Source of the DNA: an uncultured Myxococcales bacterium
GTDB taxonomy: Bacteria > Myxococcota > UBA727 > JABDBI01
Direction: 5' to 3'
Length of the DNA: 27,122 nt
Assembly: GCA_964602645.1 (NCBI GenBank)
Contig: CAZRSD010000001.1
Location: 1-27,122, forward strand
How positions within the stretch are numbered: position 1 is the first letter of the stretch; each line of letters opens with the position of its first letter. The notes below the pieces were generated by a model, which ran no database searches, was not told the DNA's origin, and saw only the letters and a program-made list of their open reading frames with translations. Positions 17,529-24,955 of the stretch are shown piece by piece. The translations under genes and the position numbers were made by a program.

Positions 17529-17932
17529 GTGCATTCAAATGGGCCCATGGCCCAGAGGCAAATGTTAAAGAACCAATTGAGGCTCTGAAAGAAAATGGCT
17601 GGCAGGCGGGTGACGTACCGACGGCTTCTAATTTCAACTGGCTTTTTTACGAGATTGGCTACGATCTACAGCAAAAATCGACGAACCTCGAACAAATCCA
17701 TGGCCAGCTCAATGGGTTGACCGTTCAACTTTCACAGCTTCAGCAAAAGACGCAACAGCTTACTGAAACTCTAGCTACCGTGAAGGCTATCACCGACCAA
17801 AATGCCATTGACTCTGGTCACTATAAACGCGCAATCGCCGCGTGTATTCGTGTTCTCAACGGCGCAAATGGTGAACGGCTAGGACTCGATACTGGAGTAC
17901 GAAATGATTACCCATTCCCCAATAAGAGATAG
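17525..17932 (+). CDS. Very short tail-fibre-like protein
   Basis: Fibre attachment motif W...VKEP...KENGWQAGDVPTASNFNWL followed by a Leu heptad coiled coil; occupies the fibre gene position. Confidence 0.65.
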   Translation: MSAFKWAHGPEANVKEPIEALKENGWQAGDVPTASNFNWLFYEIGYDLQQKSTNLEQIHGQLNGLTVQLSQLQQKTQQLTETLATVKAITDQNAIDSGHYKRAIAACIRVLNGANGERLGLDTGVRNDYPFPNKR

Positions 17933-17938
17933 CCATGG

Positions 17939-18265
17939 TCAACTTGATGCTGCCTTCTTTAGAGTTTCACGCACCCAAACATTCATGCTTTTATGCGCTC
18001 GCATAGCAGCCAGGAAAAACAATTGATGTTCTTCAGGGGTAGCTCTAACGGGAAAATTGCCGGAAAAAGGGCGTTCAGGCTCTTCGCCGCGTTCCTTACA
18101 AAAGGCCAAGTAATCATCGATCGAATCTTTAAACGCCTTTTTGAGCTCCCTAACGCTTTTTCCTTGGAAGGTAATGACGTCCTTAAGGTTGGCCACTTCC
18201 CCGTGAAAAATTTCTGCCTCATCATCAAATTCAACGTTCGCAACGTACTCCTTATATTTCATCAT
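17939..18265 (-). CDS. hicB: HicB antitoxin
   Basis: MKYKEYVANVEFDDEAEIFHGEV...DVITFQG...FKDSIDDYLAFC...PERPFSGNFPVR, with C-terminal RHH. Confidence 0.93.
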   Translation of the reverse strand: MMKYKEYVANVEFDDEAEIFHGEVANLKDVITFQGKSVRELKKAFKDSIDDYLAFCKERGEEPERPFSGNFPVRATPEEHQLFFLAAMRAHKSMNVWVRETLKKAASS

Positions 18266-18516
18266 TTGCTGACTCCTGCTGCTTCTAGAAATCGTCGCAT
18301 CGACGCTAATGCACCCTTATCCGTTTCTTTTTGTGGATGCGGTCGATGAAACACCGCCCTGACACCATTAAGAGCAATCCGCACCCTAGAGCCATTGCCC
18401 TCAGATATTTCCGCACCAAGGGATCTTAAGAGATGCTCAATATCTTTCCATGGCACATCAGCCCTTGTGGGCTTTGCAAAAATGGATTCAAGGGTCTTTT
18501 GATGCTTCTTCTGCAT
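18262..18516 (-). CDS. hicA: HicA toxin (mRNA interferase)
   Basis: TLESIFAKP...WKDIEHLLRSLG...GNGSRVR...VFHRPHPQKETDKGA. Confidence 0.93.
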   Translation of the reverse strand: MQKKHQKTLESIFAKPTRADVPWKDIEHLLRSLGAEISEGNGSRVRIALNGVRAVFHRPHPQKETDKGALASMRRFLEAAGVSK

Positions 18517-18522
18517 CAGGTC

Positions 18523-18551
18523 ATGATATCAAAATATGATATCATATGCAA
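18523..18551 (-). promoter_or_regulatory. hicAB promoter with inverted-repeat operator
   Basis: Minus strand TTGCAT-N17-TATCAT, with the -10 ending 6 nt before the hicA ATG. Perfect inverted repeat ATGATATCA-aaata-TGATATCAT (18523-18545). Confidence 0.75.
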
Positions 18552-18711
18552 TCCGAAGAACATGAAAGAAATTATTAACAAAATTTCGGCGACTTATAGC
18601 GACATCAAACAAGACCAACGTGAGGGAATATTTTGACATCAAACCCAGGTTCTAACTAGACAAGTTAAATTTTCACCGAACAAGTCACCTATCGTCCCTG
18701 AGAGGATTTGG

Positions 18712-21429
18712 ATGAACTATATCGATCTGCTCATCGTAATCGTCTATCTATTGGTGACACTTGCAGCAGGTCTAGTGTTCGGCAGAAAAACCTGCACCAT
18801 TGAAGACTACGCGATCGGTCGTCGAGAATTTTCGAATTCGGTATTAGCAGCTGCAATTTGCGCCACCATGATTTCAGCAAGCGGCACATCCGGGCTCACA
18901 GGAAAAATTTACTCATTTGGCGCCATTTTTGTTGCTTCTTATTTTGGCGTCGTGGTCGCTAGATTATTAGTAGCTTTTGTCGTCGCGCCAAAAATGAATC
19001 CGTTCTTAGGCATGATTTCCTGTGGCGATGTTCTCGAAAAATTATATGGCCGTGAAGCCAAAATAATGATGGGACTCCTCACCCTCTTAGAAGGCTCATT
19101 GCTTGCAGGCGCCCAAGTGCTCGCTACTTACCAAGCTGGCCAATATTTTTTTGGTTTTTCTAAAGAGATCGGCGCGATCACCACGTCGGGGATCATCATT
19201 CTTTATTGCTTCAGAGGAGGCATCAGAGCGATCACCGCCACCGACGTATTCCAGTTTGTCATGATGGTTGTCGCGATCCCTATCGTTGCAGCAATTGCCA
19301 TTGAACATATTGGCGGCTTTTCAACCTTTGTAACCGCCTTAGAAGAGCGCCGTCTGCTCACAGATTCTTTGACACATGGCGACGCGCTCAAGCATATCAC
19401 TATATTCGTGTCATTGGCCTTAACCTGCGTCATCCCGCTCACGGTACAACGCATGCTCATGGCTAAAAATACCGAGCAAATTAGAAAATCCTATCTACTG
19501 AGCGGCCTCATCACTTTTCTCTTCTACTGCGCAATAGGCATCGTGGGACTCGCAGCACCGCTATTGTTGCCCAACATCGACCCTAATCTATCATTACCTG
19601 CTTTGATCAACGAGCTGCTGCCCATTGGGATTCGTGGTCTCGTCATCGCAGGGCTGCTTTCGATATTCATGTCCAGCTCAGATGCTGACATGAATATCAG
19701 CTCAGTTGCATTAACACACGACATTCTAAAACCATTGTTCCGCGAGAAATTCAACGACAAATTATTGTTCTTCTTTACCAGGCTCACCTTCGTGATCGGC
19801 GGGATAATCTCTACCATTGTCGCGCTCTACTATTCCAACGCGCTCGACATCCTCTTCCTCGTCATGGTGATATGTAATTCGGTTTATTTCCCCGGTCTTT
19901 TTCTGGGCATTCTTGGCCTTAGAGCAACGACAAGAGGTTTTTGGAGTGGCGCTATTATGGGGGCAACAATAGCGCTAGTGCTTTGCCTTATATTCAAAGT
20001 GTTTCCTCTCTACGCCATGATGATAGCGATAGCCGCCAATTCTTCGGTGCTGGTGTTATCTCACGTACGTCGATCGAGCACATCACTACCCTCATTCCTT
20101 AAACTCACCCAGCTCCTTTTGGGTTGGATGAAAAATTTATTATCCCATCAAAATACATTTTTTGAGCTCAAGAAAAGCAGCTTTGCCGTTAGTGGCGTCG
20201 GATATAATGATGTCTTTTCTACGCTGGTGCTCATAAATTCCGTGTTCCCATTTTTCTTTAAAGCTCTCGATTTCACCCCATTGCCGCTGAGCCTACTGAT
20301 TTGCAATGTCATCTCTGGAGTCATGGCTTCACTAATCTTATTAAGACAGGCCTTAGGAGCCTATAAATTTCTCATGCCGATTTTTTGGCAGTTGATGACG
20401 CTGACGTCACTCTCGCTGCAGACTGTCATGCTCTTATCCTATAGTGGTTTTGATGCTGTGTGGATTCTGGATCTTGCCGTCGTAGTCGCTCTCTTAATGA
20501 CGATATCGAGAAAACAAGAATTGGTAATTCATGCAATCGCTGCAGCCATCATGGTGCCGGTACTTATTCATCTGGCGCCGTATTCACCGAATTTGGATTT
20601 GAATAGCTACCAATATTGGTCCTTCTTTCTACACGCTGCAGCGTTGGTCATTTGTCTCAAGATTTTTAGAAATCGAGATATCGCAGCCTACCGCTTCATG
20701 ACGGGCAAGTTTGCCCATGAAACAAGTCGATCGATGACGTCATATTCAACATCGGCGCATGTATTAAACAAATATTTACCTGATCTAATTGAAGCTTATA
20801 AAAGCAATAACAATAATGCGAGGAACATTTCACGTGACGACCTGGTAAACATTTCCAACATCCCCAAGCAACTATTGGAGACCAGTGCCCGCACATGGAA
20901 AAACCTAAAGGGCTTGCTTAGCTGGATGGAATTGGAATTCGACGAGCCTCAGGCAGAAACTTATTCCATCAAAGACACCATCAATTCCGCGATAAATGAC
21001 AACTCAATCTCTCCAGATTTCAGGAAAAAAATTCACATAAAAGATTCAGTAGATTTTTATTACTTTGGTGACAACACTCAAATCACCCAAGTGATAATAA
21101 ACATGCTTGAAAATGCCATGCATGCGATGAATAAAAACCCAAAAGCACAAGTAACTATATGGACTTCAGGACACAGCCTTTTCATAGAAGACAATGGTCA
21201 CGGAATCGAAAAGAACGACCTACCAAGAATATTTGATGACCTTTTCTCAACCAAAGGAACAACCGGACAGGGTTTGGCTTTCTCTAAGCTGGTGATGGAA
21301 AAACATCATGGAGATATCTCGTGTGATTCTAAGAAAGGCCATTTCACCAGATTTGCATTAAATTTCCCCGACATTTCCGACAGAACCAGAGGTCTTGAAC
21401 ATGCAGTCAACGGCTCCCGCATTCTTTAA
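18712..21429 (+). CDS. Hybrid sensor: sodium:solute symporter (SLC5/PutP-like) + CqsS/LqsS-like 6-TM domain + histidine kinase
   Basis: SSS motifs EDYAIGRR, ATMISA, GGIRAITATDVFQF, SIFMSSSD (about aa 1-450); second hydrophobic block (about aa 495-655); H-box FAHET (His669), N-box QVIINMLENA, G1 IEDNGHGI, F-box IFDDLFSTK, G2 GQGLAFSK. Confidence 0.9.
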   Translation: MNYIDLLIVIVYLLVTLAAGLVFGRKTCTIEDYAIGRREFSNSVLAAAICATMISASGTSGLTGKIYSFGAIFVASYFGVVVARLLVAFVVAPKMNPFLGMISCGDVLEKLYGREAKIMMGLLTLLEGSLLAGAQVLATYQAGQYFFGFSKEIGAITTSGIIILYCFRGGIRAITATDVFQFVMMVVAIPIVAAIAIEHIGGFSTFVTALEERRLLTDSLTHGDALKHITIFVSLALTCVIPLTVQRMLMAKNTEQIRKSYLLSGLITFLFYCAIGIVGLAAPLLLPNIDPNLSLPALINELLPIGIRGLVIAGLLSIFMSSSDADMNISSVALTHDILKPLFREKFNDKLLFFFTRLTFVIGGIISTIVALYYSNALDILFLVMVICNSVYFPGLFLGILGLRATTRGFWSGAIMGATIALVLCLIFKVFPLYAMMIAIAANSSVLVLSHVRRSSTSLPSFLKLTQLLLGWMKNLLSHQNTFFELKKSSFAVSGVGYNDVFSTLVLINSVFPFFFKALDFTPLPLSLLICNVISGVMASLILLRQALGAYKFLMPIFWQLMTLTSLSLQTVMLLSYSGFDAVWILDLAVVVALLMTISRKQELVIHAIAAAIMVPVLIHLAPYSPNLDLNSYQYWSFFLHAAALVICLKIFRNRDIAAYRFMTGKFAHETSRSMTSYSTSAHVLNKYLPDLIEAYKSNNNNARNISRDDLVNISNIPKQLLETSARTWKNLKGLLSWMELEFDEPQAETYSIKDTINSAINDNSISPDFRKKIHIKDSVDFYYFGDNTQITQVIINMLENAMHAMNKNPKAQVTIWTSGHSLFIEDNGHGIEKNDLPRIFDDLFSTKGTTGQGLAFSKLVMEKHHGDISCDSKKGHFTRFALNFPDISDRTRGLEHAVNGSRIL

Positions 21430-22285
21430 ACCAACAACGATATTGCTCGTTGATGATGACGAACGCTACATAAAAAACATTGCAACCTTGATCGCTCATC
21501 GTTGCAAGCCCGTTGTTGTTACGCCTAATGATTTGGACAAATATCGCTGTTCAGAGCTCTTCACCGTGCTCGAGACATTTTCGAAGAACAACCAATCGTT
21601 ATCCATAACCTCAGTGATGAATTTTTTTTCAACGCATAGAAACTCATGGCCGGTATCAACGATAGTGATTGATTACGATATGGCACCGAAAGACGGCCTG
21701 AGTATTCTCAGAGAATTTAAGAGCTCATTTATTCAGAAAATTCTTATCTCAAATTTTTTGCAAGAAGAAATATCTCGCGACGCCATTAATCAAGGCGTGA
21801 TTGACTTTTATCTACCAAAAATGGACCCTCTTTTTATCGACAAATTAGCGGAAACAGTCGCGATGGCCCAGCACCGGTTTTTCTACAAACTGTCGGCTAT
21901 CGTGCCCGATTTCTTTTCTCATGATAATCCACTCCGCGAACCACAGCTGTACAAGGTTTTTAAAACCATCCAGTCGGAATATGACGCTGAATACTATGAA
22001 TCGCACGACCATCTCAGGCGTTTCACGTTCTTTAATGGCAACGGCAGCGCAAAGGCAACGCTTCACATCTGGCCAGAAGCCCATATTGATGAGTTGGTTC
22101 ACAGCATCCCGGCTGAGTCAGCACCACAAGAAGTGCGTGAACTCATCCTCTCAGGTAAGACGATGCCCATATTTGTCGACGATATGATTCCTGACGGTAA
22201 GGAATGGCACAAGTATCTGCAACCAGCAAATTTACTCAACGGTAGTAAAAAATACGTCTATTCGATTTGTGGAGCTGAGCTATGA
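21401..22285 (+). CDS. LqsR-like response regulator (receiver with insertion plus non-HTH output domain)
   Basis: FFKPTTILLVDDD, long insertion, STIVIDYDMAPKDG (phospho-Asp), QKILIS, AINQGVIDFYLPK, and C-terminal GKTMPIF...WHKYLQPAN...KYVYS parallel my recollection of Legionella LqsR. RBS AGAGG before ATG 21401. Confidence 0.8.
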   Translation: MQSTAPAFFKPTTILLVDDDERYIKNIATLIAHRCKPVVVTPNDLDKYRCSELFTVLETFSKNNQSLSITSVMNFFSTHRNSWPVSTIVIDYDMAPKDGLSILREFKSSFIQKILISNFLQEEISRDAINQGVIDFYLPKMDPLFIDKLAETVAMAQHRFFYKLSAIVPDFFSHDNPLREPQLYKVFKTIQSEYDAEYYESHDHLRRFTFFNGNGSAKATLHIWPEAHIDELVHSIPAESAPQEVRELILSGKTMPIFVDDMIPDGKEWHKYLQPANLLNGSKKYVYSICGAEL

Positions 22286-23025
22286 ACTTCGAGAGCGCCT
22301 ATAAGGGAATCAAACCAAGCGAGATCGACAATGACACACCGGAAATCGCAGACAGATACTTAAATCGAAAGCCAAGTGGCACAGGATATTTGGCCTATCG
22401 CGATATACCGATGCTCATTCAAAAATATGTAAAAGGCGAACGAGCGTTAGATTTCGGCTGTGGAACTGGCTACTCCACGCGCCTTATAAGGGAAATGAAT
22501 TTTGACGTCGTTGGCGTCGACATTAGTTTAAATATGCTTTTGCGCGCGCTTTCGATCAAAGATGGCATCCCATTTGCTCATATCAAACATGGCGAAATAA
22601 ATGCCAAGGATAATTCATTCGATTTTGTCCATTCATCCTTAGTTTTCTTCGACATGCCAACGATTCATATGGTAAGAGAAGCACAACTAGAAATTAGCCG
22701 CATACTCAAACCCGGCGGAATCTTTATCGCCGTCGTCGGCAGTGAAAACCTGCACCTTAACAATTGGTTGACCGTGACGACCGATGTTGCTCGGAACAAG
22801 ACAATAAAATCGGGTGAAGTGTATAGGCTCGATACTCCCCATGCTGGCCTCTACTTCTACGACTATTACTATTCCGACGACGATTACCGAACGACATTCG
22901 ATCAGGTTGGTCTAGAACTCTTGGAAACCCACTACCCACTTGGCCGAGACTCAGATGGATTTCCATGGCAAACCGAAAAGTCGGTGTCAGCGCAAACCAT
23001 TTATATCTGCAGAAAACGCCACTAA
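22282..23025 (+). CDS. Class I SAM-dependent methyltransferase (small-molecule type)
   Basis: Motif I ALDFGCGTG, VVGVDISLNML, FDFV, ILKPGGIF; no DNA-MTase DPPY/NPPY or PC motif; ATGA-coupled to the response regulator. Confidence 0.9.
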   Translation: MNFESAYKGIKPSEIDNDTPEIADRYLNRKPSGTGYLAYRDIPMLIQKYVKGERALDFGCGTGYSTRLIREMNFDVVGVDISLNMLLRALSIKDGIPFAHIKHGEINAKDNSFDFVHSSLVFFDMPTIHMVREAQLEISRILKPGGIFIAVVGSENLHLNNWLTVTTDVARNKTIKSGEVYRLDTPHAGLYFYDYYYSDDDYRTTFDQVGLELLETHYPLGRDSDGFPWQTEKSVSAQTIYICRKRH

Positions 23026-23642
23026 GCTCGTCGATGCCAGATGATCTTTGCTATGGTGGGCGATACAATTCGCTCTAAATCGGTCGATGCATTCGATCTG
23101 GCAAACACGTTGTCGTCGTAAAAGTGCAGCCATCTCGGTGCAAATTTTCCCGAAGAAAGCTTGATCATAAATAAGTTTGCCCCATCGTGCGTGCCTTCCT
23201 TGCATATGCTGTCAAACAGAACCATGGTTCCCAAGACCAAATCACCACGACCGAATAGCGGCGTCATAGCGTTGTCCTCGATCTCGACGGTTATCGGATT
23301 ACCATTGGTCTTTTGGCAGGATTTTATGAAATGGTCGATGATGTCATCGAAGTGTTTCACGTTGCATGCGTCTTGCAAATTGAAAGTTGGCCCGGTCCCC
23401 ATCCCAAATATCAACCAATCATGATTAATAAAAACACCGTCTCTGCAAAACGACTCGACGAGCTTTGCGCAACCTTCGCTTCTGGGCACTACGCCAAGTT
23501 CCCAAGTTTTGAGAGATTGCAACGATATTTCATGTCGTCTACAGAATTCTTCCTGGTTTAGTCCCGATAAAACTCGACAGGCTTTGATTCGCTGCCCTAT
23601 CTTCTTGCCATCAAACTTAGCTATTTCATTAGACTCGATCAT
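23022..23642 (-). CDS. CI-like repressor: XRE HTH plus degenerate S24-like domain
   Basis: IGQRIKACRVLSGLNQEEFCRRHEISLQSLKTWELG, DWLIFGMG linker, EIEDNAMTPLFGRGDLVLG. ATG 23642 has a GAGG RBS; the ORF track starts at TTG 23678. Confidence 0.8.
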   Translation of the reverse strand: MIESNEIAKFDGKKIGQRIKACRVLSGLNQEEFCRRHEISLQSLKTWELGVVPRSEGCAKLVESFCRDGVFINHDWLIFGMGTGPTFNLQDACNVKHFDDIIDHFIKSCQKTNGNPITVEIEDNAMTPLFGRGDLVLGTMVLFDSICKEGTHDGANLFMIKLSSGKFAPRWLHFYDDNVFARSNASTDLERIVSPTIAKIIWHRRA

Positions 23643-23712
23643 CTCGTTCCCTCGGTAACTCGTTTTCTTGGTTCTCAAAATTCTTTGATGATTTTTTATA
23701 GTTCACGCTGGA

Positions 23713-23763
23713 CATAAACCATAAGTTCATCTAAAAATTTTATCATAAACTACCGATTCATCT
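23713..23763. promoter_or_regulatory. Two 17-bp pseudo-palindromic operators in the divergent switch region
   Basis: ATAAACcataaGTTCAT (23714-23730) and ATAAACtaccgATTCAT (23745-23761); also direct repeats CATAAAC-N6-TTCATCT spaced 31 bp apart. Confidence 0.65.
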
Positions 23764-23799
23764 TAAACTGTAAATGTCGGGTGTCGATTATTCCAGTTT

Positions 23800-24906
23800 T
23801 TGATTAAGTCTCGGTCGAAAAATTGGGAACCCATCTTGTCTAATAAATGGATATTGAGCGCTACCGAAATCGAAACATTCGAATTATGTCGAAGGAAGTG
23901 GGCCTACCAATATCTTGATGAGATCAAAACACCTCCATCGAAAGCCGCAAGGTTTGGTTCGGCAGTACACAGTTTTTTACAGAATCATCTTACTGGTAAT
24001 GCGATTGACTATCAAACCGCCGAAGGCCGAGTAATTTTTCCTGGCCTTGGTTTTTTACCAAAACGCCTAGCACATGAAAATGTTGAGCGTCCAATCTTTT
24101 TTTCTAAGCATGGTCTCATGTTTCGCGGCTACATTGATTTTGTGGAGCAGATCGATGCAACAACCTTTTTGATCGGTGACCACAAAACTGCTTCAAATCT
24201 CAGGTATGCTCTCGCTATTCATGAACTCAAGAAAAATACGCAAGCGAACATCTACGCGCAGTGGGCATTTACAGAAAGAGCAGCTGAGTTGGTGAAACTG
24301 AGATGGGTTTATTATCGAACATCTTCTTCGCCGAAAGCCATGAGCGTCGATACCGAGCTTTCAAAAAGTGAAGCAGAAGAAAATTTTCTCAATATCGCCG
24401 ATACCGGAAATAAGATTCTCGCCATCGTAAAAGATGGCCCTCCTTCTATCAAACAACCTAGAAATAGCGCCGCCTGCTTTAAATATGGTCGATGTCATTT
24501 CTTTGATCGGTGTAGCGGCGAGGCAAGAACAACATTCACGAAGAAAAATAAATTAGAGGAGGCCCTTATGAAGCAGATTGATCATGATGTTAAGGACAAG
24601 TCATTTCATCTCTACATAGATTGTATGCCCACGAAAAATGAAGCTGCGTACGAGCGTACCATCGAGCTCTCAGAATTATTGAAACCAGTATTAACCAAAA
24701 TTCAAACAGAAAAGGAGTTGAGCCATTATCGGTTGGCGGGCTACGGGCAGCACGTCGGGCTGATCGCCAATTATCTATCCGAGCATTTGAAGAGCAACGC
24801 TTACAAAAGCGATACCGCGATTTTAAGCAGCGTAAAAACACCCGAAGGATGTGACACCCTTCAAACCCTGACAGCCGCAGCTGGACAAGTGGTGAGAGGC
24901 TTCTAA
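23800..24906 (+). CDS. PD-(D/E)XK (RecB/Cas4-like) exonuclease with Fe-S cysteines and an extra C-terminal domain
   Basis: LSATEIETFELCRRKW, FGSAVH, RGYIDFV...IGDHKT, QANIYA, CFKYGRCHFFDRC. The TTG start is uncertain. Confidence 0.87.
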   Translation: MIKSRSKNWEPILSNKWILSATEIETFELCRRKWAYQYLDEIKTPPSKAARFGSAVHSFLQNHLTGNAIDYQTAEGRVIFPGLGFLPKRLAHENVERPIFFSKHGLMFRGYIDFVEQIDATTFLIGDHKTASNLRYALAIHELKKNTQANIYAQWAFTERAAELVKLRWVYYRTSSSPKAMSVDTELSKSEAEENFLNIADTGNKILAIVKDGPPSIKQPRNSAACFKYGRCHFFDRCSGEARTTFTKKNKLEEALMKQIDHDVKDKSFHLYIDCMPTKNEAAYERTIELSELLKPVLTKIQTEKELSHYRLAGYGQHVGLIANYLSEHLKSNAYKSDTAILSSVKTPEGCDTLQTLTAAAGQVVRGF

Positions 24907-24955
24907 TCAGTCACGCTCAACGGTGAAGAAAGAAAAATAAACTGGGGGAAATCAC

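Noticed and set aside
8000-17932. Stand-alone tailocin, eCIS or T6SS
   Set aside because: A full head and DNA-packaging module is linked to it; no AAA ATPase or effector genes of eCIS type are present.
20700-21400. Kinase part looks more AT-rich than the transporter part in a few hand-counted 60-mers (25-45% versus 42-52% GC)
   Set aside because: The sample is too small and amino-acid composition could explain it; a sliding-window GC3 analysis is needed before claiming a recent fusion.
22282-23025. DNA methyltransferase or restriction-modification component
   Set aside because: Lacks DPPY/NPPY and PC catalytic motifs; no restriction enzyme nearby.
23800-24906. CRISPR-Cas adaptation locus suggested by the Cas4-like protein
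   Set aside because: No cas1/cas2 and no repeat-spacer array seen; solo Cas4-like exonucleases are common phage recombination genes.
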